Positions 1 through 14,031 of a stretch of 64,000 nucleotides of DNA are shown piece after piece. The stretch covers positions 7,876,001 to 7,940,000 of the forward strand of contig CM075989.1 of assembly GCA_038087875.1 (NCBI GenBank), written 5' to 3'. Source of the stretch: Malacoraja senta (lineage: Eukaryota). The notes beneath the pieces are model-generated. The model was not told where the DNA came from, made no database searches, and worked only from the letters and a program-made list of their open reading frames with translations. Position 1 is the stretch's first letter; every line of letters starts with the position of its first letter. The translations under genes and the position numbers were made by a program.

Positions 1-1949
1 AATATTTCTCTCGGACAGGGAATGACCGTAGCTCCTAGGCTCCAGAGGAGGACTTGGTCAACCACGAAGCTCCGAGCTTACCCAGTGAATTTATTCTCCC
101 CTGACCTGGGCTGGTGGGACAACCGTGTTATTTAACCCAACATTAAGTAACTTATGTGCTGACACACAGTGGGTGGTAGAAAGAGCTCAATGTTGAGGTG
201 GTTTTGAGCATAGTAGAGTCATCTGTAGAACAGTAACATAAATTGAGTGAGGAGGGAAAGACTGCGGTATGTGCCAGAATAATTAAGAACAAGATTGATT
301 GCTTGCCTTTTGAATGACTATGTTTGAAATGCTTGTTTCAATCAAGAAACTGGAGAGGATCTTAAAGGAAACTGGAAAGGATTTAAAAAATCAGTGTGAG
401 GATATTTTTTAATAAGAAAAACAGGTTTAGGTTCACTGTATCGAGGCACAGCGAAAAGCTTAGTTTTGCAATCAGATCAGATATGCCATGCTTAAATACA
501 ATCCACGTACTAATGTTATCCATGTTCTCCAGAGATGCTTCCTGACCTGCTGAGTTATTCCAGCACTTTGTGTCCTTTCAAGTCAAACTCAAGTACAACA
601 GGTAGAGCAAAGGGGAAGGTACAGAGTGCAGAATATACTTTAGATCTCAACATTGTAGCGCATCAGTTTCAATGTCCGCCATGGGGTAGAAGTGAATTCA
701 TGTTCATAGATTATAGGAACAGAATTATGCCATTCGGCCCATCAAGTCCACTCCGCCATTCAATCATGGCTGATCTATCTTTTCCTCTCAACCCCATTCT
801 CCAGCCTTCTCCCCATAACAACTGACACTCGTAGAGCCATAGAGTGATACAGTGTGGAAACAGGCCCTTCGGCCCAAGTTGCCCACACTAGCCAACATGT
901 CCCAGCGACACCAGTCCCTCCTGCCCGCGTTTGGTTAAAAACTTGTTGAAGATGCTCACTTTGCAACTTAAAACAAAAAGCTTATGTAATGTAAATGTGA
1001 TTTTTTTAACCAGCTTTTGAAAACCACCTTTTCATTTTTTCTGATGAAGGGTCTCTGTCCTGAAACTTTATCTCTCCATAGAGGCTGTCAGACTTGCTGA
1101 GTTTCCAGCCGGAACGTTGTTTCTATGGTTGTAGGAATTCTTAGATTTTTATAACACATTTCTTTATCCTCGGGTACATCGCAAGCTGCTTCTCATATTA
1201 AAATTAAAATGGTTGAACGTGCTGCGATTATTGTTACCTTTGGCAACTGCGGCAACCCATTTGTGTGCGGATACCCCACGCTGGAGTGAAGTGGTCTGGG
1301 TGGTGGTTGCGGGATGTGTTGGCCAGTTTACAAGTCCTTGACTGCCCTTTGCGACTTGTATCATGGCATCTTTACAATGAAGCCAAAGCATTGGAAGCAG
1401 CCTGTAGTTCTGTCACCTTCATGTGTAAAACACAACGATACGCCCTGATCAACACAGCACAAATGTCAGCCTAAATTTGAAATTACTTCCTTTGGGACTG
1501 GCAGATGGATTTCAGCTAGATTGTTACCGTAAAGGAAAAAATTGAGAACATTTAAATAAAAATGCTCTCGAGCACACTTTTTAAAATTCCTGTTTCCGTG
1601 CCAGTGGAAAGTAGACTTGCTATCTTTCAAAATGAAATTGGCCAGGCTGGAGACGAGGGCCTCATTCCCTTCTCTGCTGCAGCGGTGATCAAATCTATCA
1701 CAGACATTTCTGTCTCCGGAGGAGGTGATTTGGTCGATGGTGTCTCTGCTGCTGAGTAGGCTCCCTGGGTAAGGCCCACGTCCCAGCTCACCACATAACA
1801 CATTACAGATTTCAAGTACTCTAACAGGTGGTTCTAAAGCTAACTTTCTCTCCTGTTCTTTCCAAGAGGTGCTTCCCACTGCAGTTGGGGGCGAGAGAAT
1901 ATTTTGTCAGCTCTCCTCTAAACAGTCTTGGCATCAGTGAAAATTGGTA

Positions 1950-2255
1950 GACTTTAGACCTTCGAGATACAGCGCCGAAACAGGCCCTTCAGCCCACAGA
2001 GTCCACACTAACCACTGATCACGCCCCACACTAACACTATCCTACACAATTGGGGCAATTTTACAATTTTTCTACCGAAGCCACTCAACCTACATACCTG
2101 CACATCTTTGGGGTGTGGGAGGAAACTGGAGCACGCAGAGAAAACCAGCATGGTCACAGGGAGAATGTACAAACTCCGTACAGACAGCACGCATACTCAG
2201 GATCGAAGCCGGGTCTATGGCTCTGTAAGACAGCAACTCTACCGCTATGTCGCCC
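1950..2255 (-). mobile_element. HE1-like SINE
   Basis: Reverse complement of the SINE at 8846. Confidence 0.75.
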
Positions 2256-3084
2256 AATGGTAACTCAAAGGTCGACACTTAGCTAATGCGCCAAAGGTAC
2301 CCTACCACATAATTCTATCTAGAATACTTATATCTAAATGAAGTTTCATTTAAAACTTCCTAAACAAAAGGAAACAAATCCCAGCCTGGTCAATATTTCC
2401 ACATAATATAATTTTCCACCTCTGAAAACATGCTCGTAAATCTCCTCTACATCTGACTGGACACTCTGCTGTTGGAAAGATGGAATTAAATTGAAAATAC
2501 TCCAGGGAAGATTTACGAGGATGTTGCCAGGATTCAAAGATGTTTCGGGTCGAGACCCTTCTTCAGAAGAAGAACCGTCTGAAGAAGGGTCTCGACCCAA
2601 AATGGAGTCTGAAGCAGGGTCTCGACCCGAAACATCACCCATTCCTTCTCTACAGAGATGCCGCCTGTCCCGCTGAGTTACTCCAGCTTTTTGTGTCTAT
2701 CTTCGGTTTAAACCAGCACCTGCAGTTCCTTCCCACACAAAGGTTTAATAGGACCCTGAGGGGGAAACTTTTTTCCACACAGAGGGTGCTGGGTGTATGG
2801 AATGAGCTGACAGAGGGCAAGTTGTACAGTTGGTCAGTTCAAGGGTAGTTTGTAAAAATGCAGGTAAATGGGACTAGCATAGATGGGGCATCTTGCCCAG
2901 CTTAATGAATTGGGCTGTAGGGCCTGTTTACATGCTGTATGACTATATGACTCCAAGGTGCAGTTATACCCTACTAGTAGTTCAGAAAGTGCTGACTATA
3001 CAGGTTCAGCATGACCTCGCTGCTCTATCGTTCTATTCCTTGGCTAATGAAGTAAAATATCTTGTACACAATCAAAGATCCATA

Positions 3085-3670
3085 GGGTGATGAAGAAGGC
3101 ATGTTCCTTTCATAGGTCAGGCCACAGAATATAAGAGTTGAGACATTATGCCGCACTTGGAGCATTGTCTGCGATTGCCATCACCAACCCAAGGCAGGAT
3201 GTGTTTGCAGAGGAGAGAGTGCAGAGGAGATGCACTCTGAATGTTTCTGGATTGGAGGCTTTTGCTTGAATAGGCTTGACTTGATTTCCGTGGAGACAAG
3301 GAGGCTGAAGAGTAACCTAATGAAAATATGTAAGCTTATGAGATGCATAGATAGGGTCGAAAGTCAAAGTCTTTTCCACATGGTCGGGCCATCAAAAATA
3401 AGAGGATATAGGTTAACGTGAGAGGTAGGACTTCTGAAGGGCATCTGAGGAAAAGTTGTTTTTATTATGTGCTGATATGTGGAACGTATTGCCAGAGGAT
3501 GTGGCGGAATCGGGTACAATTACTGGGTTTAAGAGGCATTTGGAACAACACTTAAATAGGCAAGCATTGAACAACACATCACTGGTGCAGCTGATGGGAT
3601 TAGGGTAGCTGGGCAAAAAGGTTAGCATTGATGTTGTGGGCCGAAGGGCCCATTTTATGTGCTGCACAAT
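3085..3670 (+). mobile_element. Degenerate CR1-type (HER1-like) LINE 3' end
   Basis: Degenerate RT C-terminus followed by the gggccgaagggcc tail. Confidence 0.65.
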
Positions 3671-5504
3671 TCCACAACACACTGACCTTCAGAAAACCAT
3701 AAACATCCCAAGGTCCCTCTGTAGAAAAAAAACAACTTTCTGGAAGAACTCAGCGAGCCAGATAATATCTGTGACGGAAAATGGACTGACAGGGTTTTGG
3801 GTCAGAAGCCTTCTTCAATCTGATTTCCTTACTTGAAGCTCTTTAATGAACCGGATGAGATTTAATGACAAGCGGATCTCCACACTAAAACTAGCTGAAT
3901 GAACCACTCCACTCTCCTTGTGCGGGTGACCTGTCAACAGATTAAATTATGATACGAGCTTGCATTTGCTTCAAACCTTTCACAACTTAAATTCATCCCA
4001 GTTTAATATACAGCCAATGGATTCTTATGAGGTTTAGATGGTGTGATTAGGCAGCATTACTACTCTGGAAAGTCAAAGGAAAAGCATAGCGGGATATGGA
4101 GAGAGAGAGAGAGAGAGAGAGAGGGTCAGCTGTGATCATATTGAACGAAAAAGAGACTTCACGGAATAAATGGTGTTCCCTGAAGTTTCTACCTCTGCAT
4201 GATATTGTCTGAGGCAATTTTCATCAACGCTTTCTGCAAGAGTTTACAGACTTGTGCTAATGTTTCTCTGCCCCACCATCCCCCTTGGAAAGAGAGGGCT
4301 TCTCATCTTTCTTCTCTTGACGGTAAGGCACATGGGCGGAATGGAAAGTTCATTGCTCATGCAACTTTAGTAGCTTGTCTATGATTCCTTTTTCCAAGTT
4401 ATCTTTAGGTTGTTGGCAATCTAGGGAATATTACAAACAGGTTTTTTTTTTTTTCTGACTTCTCGAAGCAGTTATTCGGAAAATTGAGAACTAGTTATTT
4501 TTTCCATGATCATTCCGTGAATGTTTTTCTCCTGAATCCCAGCAATATGCTGCTACATAGAAATAACACTTAACATTGCCACCGCTCTTGCTCCGGACTC
4601 TCTCCTTCCATCATGGCTCCGTACTGTACATTGCAGGGTCATTACTCTCTAACAGGAATGTTAATGGACAAACTGCCCTGTGTAAGTTGTTGGGAAGAGC
4701 AGCAACCAAGGTGCAGATGTGCTGTTCATTGACTTCAACATCGCGGGGTCCTGGGATCCCTTTGCCGAGGTCCGCCAGCGTTGAATCTCCGCCCAGCGCG
4801 GCCTGTGGACTTCGGGAGCCGTGGACTCCGGTAGGAGGTGGCCGACTCGGATGTCCAGGCCGCTGTGGATGTCCTCCAGTCCCGACGTCGGACTTCCAAC
4901 ACCCCGGCGAGCAGGCCTGAACATCGAGCCGTCCGTAGCGGCGACAGCGGGGGGTTCGGGAGCACCCCCCCCCCCCCCCGACCACGGGAGGACAACAGAG
5001 GAGGACGACTGAATTTTGGAGCCTTCCCTCACAGTGGGAAACTTTGATCTCCCTGTGTGGGGATGTTTGTGCTAAGACTTTGTGTTCTGTGCTCTTTATT
5101 ACTCCTATGGCTGTATGGTGACCACACATTTCACTGTACCAATTGGTACATGTGACAAATAAATGTATCTTGTATCTTGTACCTACACACATTTGCCCAA
5201 GGCATTTCTTGGCTCTTGTTGACCCTTCGAGAGCCCACTTGAGTTGTTTCCTCCATGCTTTCTATTCCTCAAGTGCCCTGTCTGATTTCATCTTCTTAAA
5301 CCTCACATACGCTTCCCTTTTCTTTTTGACCAAATTTACAACCTTTTCGGTCATCCACGGTTCCCTTACCTTGCCATCCTTCTCCTTCCTGGAACATGTC
5401 GGTCCTGAACATTGATCAATGGCCTTTAGGACTCATCTGAAGAAAGGTCTCGACCCAAAACATTACCTATCCATGTTCTCCAGAGATATTGCCTGACCTG
5501 CTGA

Positions 5505-5760
5505 GTTGTTGCCTCACAACGCCAGAGACCCTCTGGGTGTTGCCTGCATGGAATCTGTACCTTCTCCCTGTGACCACGAGGGTTTTCTCCGGGCGCATCG
5601 GTTCCCTCCCACACTCCAAAGACGTACAGGTTTGTAGGTTAATTGGCTTCAATAAATTGTAAATTGTCCCTAGTGTGCAGGATAGTGCTAGTCTGTGGGT
5701 GATCGCTGGTCAGCGCGGACTCTGTGGGCCGAAGGGCCTGTTTCCACGCTGTATCTCTAA
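5505..5760 (+). mobile_element. HE1-like SINE
   Basis: Same family as 8846. Confidence 0.75.
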
Positions 5761-8421
5761 AAGCACTCTAATGTTGTGTGACTCTGCTTGCCACTCCTAG
5801 CCCTGTTCTCTTCTCCTTCCTATCCCAATGAATTACGTACCTGTTGAGTTACAGTGGGCTGTGATGCATCAGGTCTGCCCTGGATCCTAAATGTCTGGAT
5901 ACTAACGATGTTTGCACGCGCTCTAACATTTCTGTTATGACTCACTGATTGGATTATTGTCCCCTAATTGTTCCTAATGTTCCAGATAAAACTGAACCCC
6001 TGAAATCCTTGATGAGTTTAAAGCATTCAACCACCTCGAGAGGATCTTTTGTCTTCTGTGTGCTGTGCATTTGAGTTTGATTTTGTTTTTAGTTGCATTT
6101 TAATTCAATTTGTATTTAGCTCTTGGCCTTAACACCAGCATTAAAACAATGCTAATCAGAAGGTCTAGCCTAGTGAATGTTTGCCCTCAGAACATGGAAT
6201 GCTATTTATTGTCATTCAAACCTAGGTTTGAACGAAATTGCATTTACTACAGTTTTTTACATTACACATAAACCCAAGACACACACTTAACACAGTTTAC
6301 ATAAACATCCATCACAGTGAATCTCCAACATCTCCTCGCTGTGATGGAAGGCAAAGTCTTATCTCTTCCCTTTGTTCTTCACCCACGGTCCAGCAGTCCA
6401 ACTGCAGTGTCTAGGCGAACTTTTCTTCAATTTGCAACATTTAAGTTTCCGATGTTTTTTTGTCTATTTCTATTTGGTCTGACAGTCAGATAGTTCCCTC
6501 AGCATTCTTGAGACACTGTGTAATTGTGCAAGTCACTTGGGTTAATACAGAAACAGTGGAATGTGGATGTCACTGGCAAGGTCAGCATTTATTGCCCGTC
6601 TTTAACTACTCTGAGGATGGGAGTTGTGTGGTATAATGGAGACATGAGTAAGGTTTTTTTTGAGGAACTGTAATGGAAGGTTAAATATAAGTCACACAAA
6701 TTAAATATGAGGACGTTCAGAGTCCAGCAACAGGGTCTATTTATATATATATATATATCTTCAGCATGACAAAATATTCCAAGATGCCCTGCAGTGGAGT
6801 AATCAAGCTTAATATAAAGAATACCAGTCTTGCAAAGTGGCTACAATCAAAGAAAAGTGTTAATGGAAGTCTACAAACACGATAGAGAGGTTGTGAAGCA
6901 AAGAGGTTCAGGCAAGAAGCAGCAAGGAATCTGCTGGAGGACCTCGTGGAAACAAGGAACTGCAGATGCTGGTTTACAAAAAAAAGACACAAATTGCTGG
7001 AGAAGGTCAAGCAGCATCTCTGGAGAACGTGGAGAGGTGACATTTTGAGTTGGGATGTTTCAGGTCAGAACACTATTTCAGACTCCTTGAGGAAGGGTCC
7101 TGACCGAAATGTTCTCCAAAGATGCTGCCTGACCCGCCCAGTTACTCCAGCGCGTTGTCCTTTTTGCTGGAGGACTTCAGAGGGTCGGGCACATTGGTGG
7201 ATGGAAAGGAATGGTCAACCTTTTGGCCCTGAACCCTGCATCAGGACTGAGAGGGGAGAGGTAGGATAGTTAGTATAAACAGCGGAGAGGAAGGGGTGAG
7301 ACAAAGCGAGAGATGATTGTACTGGGGAGGGGTGAAGGATGGCGGATTAATGAAGCTGGGTATCGGAGGGGAAGGGATGGAGTTGGGAGGCAGGGGCAGG
7401 TAGATGATGGATGGAGGCAGACAGAAGATGAAAAGAGGGGAAAGAAAGAAGGAGCCAGGTGCAGAGAGCAGGGTGTGAAGTGGAGACAGCCTCTGGTGAG
7501 TGATAAGTGAGGACACATAGACTGCCTGTGCGGGAATCTGATAAATAAAGAAAGTGATAATGAGAGCTATTAGGGGAGAGACCACCATCAGGAGAGGAAT
7601 TCCCGAGTTAAGGTGCTGGAGGATTTCTGGCAGCATTTCTGAAGGAATGCTCCTCTCTCCAGCATCCACTGCAACATCTCAAGGAAAGTCAACTGTGAAG
7701 AATGAAGAAGGGTCTCGCCCCGAAACGCCACCCATTCCTTCTCTCCAGTGATGCTGCCTGTCCCGCTGAGTTACTCCAGCATTTTGCGTCTATCAACTGT
7801 GAAAATGTTTTGTCTCCTCTCACCGACTGACCAACTGAGTTCCTCCAGCACTTTGTGTTTTAGTTTAGTTCAGTTTAGAGATACAGTGTGGAAAGAGGCC
7901 CTTCGGCCCACCGAGTCCAAGCTGACCAACAATCATCACGTGCACTGGTTCTATCCTACACACAAGGGACAAGTTGCAGAGGCCTGCACCTCTTCAGGAT
8001 GTGGCATCTCTGGAGAACATGGATAATTCACCTCAGTCTGAAGAAGGGTTTTGACCCGAAACATCACCTATTCCCTTTCTCCAGAGATGCCGCCTGCCTT
8101 GCTGAATTACTCCACCTTCTTGTGTCCATCTTCGGTGTAAACCAACATCTGCAGTTCCCCCCTATACATTTTTTCCAGAGATGCTGCCTGACCCACTGAG
8201 TTACTCCAGCACTTCGTGTCCTTTTGTGTAAACCAGCATCTGCAGTTCCCTGTTTCTACAATTTAAAATGTTACTGCCTCTTACATTCTAATCTTTAAAT
8301 CCACCACAAATAATTCTGTGCATGATAATTTATGTGCAATGGTATTTATAGTCTGTTAAGGTTTCCTGTGCCCGTATTTGGTTGTCTCTTTTCTCTAACA
8401 GCCTTTTCTTTCCCTCCACAG

Positions 8422-8489
8422 ATTGCAACGTACAAGTTCACAAGGATTGCAGGGAGAGTCTCATAGCGTGCAGTAAGATTAAACAGAAG
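8422..8489 (+). CDS. AKAP13: AKAP13 exon, second half of C1 (DAG/PE-type zinc finger) domain; first exon recognised in window
   Basis: ccacag|AT TGC...CAG AAG|gtact; encodes xCNVQVHKDCRESLIACSKIKQK, like human AKAP13 CSAFVHKGCRESLASCAKVKMK as recalled. Confidence 0.92.
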
Positions 8490-8845
8490 GTACTTAATTT
8501 TCTTCTGTTTTCTGTGTTGTGCAAAATACTCAATATAATGCAGGTTTATTTTCCTGTGAGTCTCTTCATTCATTGAGTCGTGGGATGAAACATTCCTTTC
8601 AGTTACTGCACAATATGCCACCCTCCTGCACTCCCAGGTCGGGTCAAGTATGGGTTTAGTGGAGAGAAAGGCCTCAATATTGTGCTATTGCAGTGGTACC
8701 ACATTCTAACGCCGCTGGTTACAGACTTCAGTCTCACACTTGAACCTTGAGCACATTCTAACACCTCAGCACACTGCTGCACTATCAGATATGATGCCTT
8801 TCAATGTGTTTAACCCCAAATCTGCTGATAAAATCTGAAGAAGGG

Positions 8846-9167
8846 TGGGACGGCACGGTGGCGCAGTGGTAGAGTTGCTGACTTACAGCGCTTGCACCAC
8901 CGCAGACCTGGGTTCGATTCCAACTACGGGTGCTGTCTGTACGGAGTTTGTATGTTCTCCCCGTGACCTGCGTGGGTTTTCTCCGAGATCTTTGGTTTCC
9001 TCCCACACTCCAAAGAAGCACAGGTTTGTAGGTTAATTGGCTTGGTATAAGTGTAAATTGTCCCTAGTGTGTGTAGGATAGTGTTAATGTGAGGGGATCG
9101 CTGGTCGGTGCGGACTCAGTGGGCCGAAGGGCCTGTTTCCACGCTGCATCTCTAAACTAAAAAAAAA
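8846..9167 (+). mobile_element. tRNA-derived SINE (HE1/V-SINE-like), near full length
   Basis: A-box-like ggtggcgcagtggtag, B-box ggttcgattcc, central tccccgtgacctgcgtgggttttctcc, LINE-type tail gggccgaagggcctgtttcc...ctaaactaaa. Confidence 0.85.
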
Positions 9168-11831
9168 GGGTCCTGACCCGAAACATCTCCTATTCATGTT
9201 CTCCAGACCCACTGAATTGCTCCAGCACTTGTGTTTCTTTTTTAATTTCAAATATTCCCCTGGGAACGCTTATACGGTTCTCCGATACTATTGGAAGATG
9301 AATGGTCTGATCACCGTTCAATTTCTCCACTGATGCTTTTTTATTAAAAAAATCAATCCTTCGCATTGCTGGTTATATTCAAATTGTTCCAATGTTTGGT
9401 GAGTTGTGTCTCAATTGTAATCAAATGGAAATCTGGAACAAAATGAGAGAGCTCATCTCTTAGCCCTGCCTGGGAAGATTGCCTCTCTTGATACAGATTA
9501 TCACGGCCTCTCCAACATACTTTATCTCGTATCATTTAGTTTTTGGTGACGTGCATTCCTTTAAGGAGTTGGACTAAGGGCCTTTCAGTATTGCCTCACA
9601 TAACAACCTTGCAGTCAGTAAGCTAGTGAAATTTGTGTTCATCAGCCAGAGCTTAACATCTCTGAGATGAAAGGCCATTGAGATAACAGAGCAAGGAAGT
9701 GGTTTGGAGAACAGTCTCAGAAACTATACGGTGCTTTGGTCAAGGCTCGTGCGCCGATGCAGAACATAAAATAGAATGGAGTACTGGAAAATATTACTTT
9801 AAGTTAAATTATGATGATGGCACAATATGTGCTGTAGTTTCATATTGCACAAATTTAGTTTCATATTGATGAAAGATTGATTGATTGATTGAATTGGGAG
9901 GCACAGATTGGAACAGGCCTTTCAGCCCTCTGACTCCATGACAACATGTTCACACTAGTTCTATGTTATCCCACTTTTGCATCCACTCCCAACACATTCG
10001 GAAGTTTTACAGCGGACAATTAACCTACAAACCGGCACGTCTTTGGGATGTGGGAGGAAACCGGAGCACCCGGAGAAAACCCACGCGATCATAGGCAGAA
10101 TGTACAAACTCCACACAGACAACACTGGAAGCCAGGATTGAACCTGCAACTCCAACGCTATGAGGTATCGGCTCTACCAACTGCACACTCTGCCATCCAG
10201 GAGAGACGCAAGGAACCGCAGATGTTGGAATCCTGAGCAAAACACGTTGGTGACAATTGTTAGAATGATCTTCCTGAAAATCACCCCCAAAGAATGAATG
10301 GACAATCCAAGGTTATCCAACCTTTCCTACATGAATGCCCTCTAATCCAGACAGCATTCTGTTAAATATCTTCTGCACCCTCTCCAAAGCCATCACTCTA
10401 TGTACAACACGTATGTTTGCACTTTCTGCGAGCTATGGACTAAAACCCCAAGATCCTTCTGTACATGAGAGTTGATGGGCATGTGGGAGAATAAAAATAT
10501 GGGTTTAATGAAATTTTGTGAATGGGTGATTGATGGTCAGCACAGTCGATGGGCTGAAGGGACTGTTTCTGTGCTTCACCTCTCTAACCCTCTGTGGGAA
10601 ACACTTGGCAGGTCAGGCAGCATCTGTGGAGGGAGAAACTGTTAATATTTTAGATTGATGACCTCTCATCAAAGGATACAAAGGACATTTATTATCACAT
10701 CACATACACCAAATGGTGTAGTGAAATTTGACTTGCCAATGCAGCACACGAATAAAGATAAGACACAACATTAAAGAATTTAACAATAAACATAAAAACA
10801 TCCCCCCACAATGGTTCCCACTGTGGGGGAAGGCAGCAAAGTCCAGTCCCATCCCCTGTTCACCCATAGTCGGGCCTATTGTGGCCTCCGCAGCCAGTCC
10901 GATGTTTTCAGGCCCTCTTGCTGGAAAGCTGGAACACCGGCGTCGGGTGAACAGTCCTCAGCGGCTCGAAAATCAGAACGGAAAAGTTAGAAAGCAACCA
11001 TGTTTAAGTTGCAGAGCTGGGGTAATTGCCTGAGATAGGGTGAAGATGAAGTTCATCCGGATAACCCAATTCATCCCATCACCAACCAGGGAGGGGAAAG
11101 TGGATGCCTGTAAATTAAAGCTGATGTGTCTGGTGGAGTGTGAAGGGAGATGGATGAATGTGGGAAACAGAGAGGGAAGCCACTCTTGCTGGAGCTGTGT
11201 GGGGGCAGAAGCTCAGCCCTTGAGAAACTGATGCTTTAAGGCACAGATGAAGCGTTAATTGGGAAGTCACAGAGTCTCATCTATGGGATTCAAACTACTT
11301 GCCTAGTTGTGCTAAAAGCTTGTTGTTGAACACCACTTATGTTCAAAGATAGAACAAAGTTCTGGAGTAACTCAATGGGTCAAGCAGAATGTCTGGGGAA
11401 AAGGAATAGGTGTTGTTTCAGGTCAGAACCCTTCTTCAGACCGACTTCGGAAGACTCCACCTGTTCAGTCTTGTTGATGTGCAGTGTTGATATACCATTT
11501 ACACCTCAGACCCTTAAACACTACACAGCATTAACATCAGCAACTAGAATCTTCAATGGATTGTGTCTTTGGTTGCATTGCACACTTCGGTAGTTCGGTA
11601 TTATGGTTAATAATTTATTTATTTATTGTATATTTTCTGTTTGTTCTGCAGCAGGTAGGAATTTCATTGTTCCGTTGTCAGTACATATGACAATTAAATA
11701 CTCTCTTGACTCCTCGGTGTGTACCAAGCCTGACTTTCGGGCCCAAGGTTGTTTCCCTTTGTCTCCCACCTCTGAGGAAATTTCCTTTGCTGCAGCCAGT
11801 ACCATGATATGTGCAAATTTCTCTATTTCAG

Positions 11832-11898
11832 CAACAAAAAACACCTCAGGCCCAAGATTCATTGACGTTACCCAATGTTGTCATCATGAGAAATAAAC
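11832..11898 (+). CDS. AKAP13: AKAP13 exon after C1; non-canonical GC donor
   Basis: tttcag|CAA...AAT AAA C|gcaagt; QQKTPQAQDSLTLPNVVIMRNK(P), similar to human ...SLPTVIMRNKP; phase 0 in, phase 1 out fits both neighbours. Confidence 0.85.
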
Positions 11899-12489
11899 GC
11901 AAGTATCTCTGTCTATTCAAAGCTCACTGTGCAAAGTGCTAGAACAATGCTAACGTATTTAACTCAATCAATGAGCTTGCATGGTATTGTAATGGTGATT
12001 TCATGAGTTGATAAGTCTGTGATATATAATACAGTGTCCATGTGTAAAACACCCCCAGTCATCTAGTTATAACATTTGGCCTTGGATTGGTTGAGAATGG
12101 GTACTGCAAGAGTGGAGCACTGGTGTATCTTTAAAGGTTGATAATAGCTATTTAACTTGATGATTTGAAAATGGCTTTAAAGCAGAGATGTGCTTATTCC
12201 TCTCTCCTGGAGTTTTGGCTGTAATATTCTAAGTTAGCGGCCACATAATATAAAGGTATTGGGAATATTGTTTGAGTGTTGTGGAGCTGAACGCGTCGGT
12301 CAGGATCGCTCCTTTTGAGCTCAGTGAACAATTCAAGATCAACTGTCCCACGGAGAAGTTGAATGCCGATGCAAAGACCAACTAATGGGTCTAGAGTTGA
12401 CTTGCTCAGAATTTTGAGACAGAGCTTTGAAGGTAGGTGGCCAGGAATATTTACTTTAAGTTAGGAACTAGGATTTCTGATTAGGAGTG

Positions 12490-12925
12490 TATTAGTTACA
12501 GGGAGAGGTTGGACAAACTTGGATTGTTTTCCCTGGAGCGTCAGAGGCTGAGGGAAGACATGATAAAAGTATAGAAATTGTTGAGTGGCATAGATAGGGT
12601 AGACAGTCAGAACCTTTTTCCACAGGGTTGGAAAAGTTAAAGACTAGAGGGTATAGCTTTAAGGTGAGAGGAGCAAAGTTCAAAGGAAATGTGTGGGACA
12701 ATTCTTTTTAACAGAGTGGTTAATGCTTGCAATGTGCTACCAGGTATGCTGGTAGAGGCAGATACGACAGTGGCAGTTAAGAGGTTTTTAGATAGATATA
12801 TATATGCAGGGAATGGAGGGATATGGATGAATAGGGAGAGGAATTGAGTTTAATTTGGCATCATATTCAGCATGAACATTGTGGTCTTAAGGGCCCATTT
12901 ACGTGCTGTACTGTTCAACGTTCTA
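12490..12925 (+). mobile_element. CR1-type LINE 3' end
   Basis: gggagaggttggacaaacttgg...actagagggtatagctttaaggtgagagg motif. Confidence 0.7.
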
Positions 12926-13901
12926 TGATGATAGAGTAGATATAGGAAACTGGGATGAGGTAGATTTAATAATGGAAATGATCAGCTCCTTAGTATATAT
13001 AATGTTTGGAATTTTATCTTCAGTTGGACAAATGCTACCAACATTTTTTTTTGGTGAAGTGTGATTTGCTTCTGGTCCTGACATAGATTTATGTGAAATA
13101 TTAGGCACCTAATTTGTTTTTAGGTCAATTGGCCTGTGAAAACTGGTCAAAATTTTGGAACGGGATCATTTGCTCTGTCTGGTTTATGGAAATCATTTGT
13201 CAAAGATTTCTGTCCTCTGGTTCTGAAAGGTGGTCATTTGGGTACGATATGAAGTCCTCCAAAATATAGCCCTTTGACCACCCGCGGTTGTAGACAACTG
13301 GCAAGGATGGAGTCCAAGGATCATCAGGAGGAACTGAGTCCTGTCCTCAAAGCCCAAGCCGACTGGACTCATTCTCATGTTTTATATTTCAATTTATATA
13401 TAAATCATAGGATTTACAAAGTTTGAGAACACAAGAGACTGCAGATGTTGGAATGGATCATTAAAATAAACTGTTGGAGGAAGAGCAGCATCTGGGGGAG
13501 AGGGGGTGGAAGGGATGGTCGATGTTTCAAGTTGACCTGAAACAACAAATCCTATCCATAGGTAGATGATGCTCGACTGCTGAGTTCCTCCAACTGTTTC
13601 TTTTTTTACCAGGTTTAGGGGCTACTAAATTTGTAAAGAGCCACATTACATACATTTCACCTTCCCAGGTGCATTCTCTTATGCATGGATCACCGTCAGC
13701 AAGAGCATGTCGGTAAGAGCTGAGAAGCTTGCAAATAGAAGAAGATTTTGATGTTGGGCACACGTGTTTGTGACATGTATTCATGTATTTCATAAAGACA
13801 AACCCAAGATCATCAGACGTTGACACTGATGGTGACAGTAGATATCAATCATGTGGCTGTTCATGAAGTATTTACCTGCAGTGTTTCTGTTCTTCATGTA
13901 G

Positions 13902-14031
13902 CAATGCAAGCGAGAGAACGTCCAAGGTCAGCAGTAATCCTTCCAGATGACAACTTGTTGATAGCTCCTAATCGGAAGATGCCTCTCTATCGATCACTTT
14001 CCAAGAGCATGTCAATAGCCAACATCGCAGG
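13902..14031 (+). CDS. AKAP13: AKAP13 exon
   Basis: catgtag|CA ATG...GCA GG|gtaagc; MQARERPRSAVILPDD...SLSKSMSIANIAG (ERPRSAV and SLSKS motifs). Confidence 0.93.

Noticed and set aside
1562..1775. Unique-looking ORF and GG|GTAAGG donor as an alternative first exon
   Set aside because: No recognisable similarity, and the ATG-initiated frame ends in phase 2, incompatible with the phase-1 exon at 8422
4576..5192. Overlapping 114-193 aa ORFs
   Set aside because: GC-rich repeat interior with few stops; no domain similarity
1..8421. Upstream exon encoding the first half of the C1 domain (NGH.F...C..C)
   Set aside because: No segment with suitable translation and a phase-1 donor found; it probably lies upstream of the window, though I may have missed it
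8846..8925. tRNA gene
   Set aside because: A/B boxes belong to the SINE head and continue into the SINE body; no complete cloverleaf
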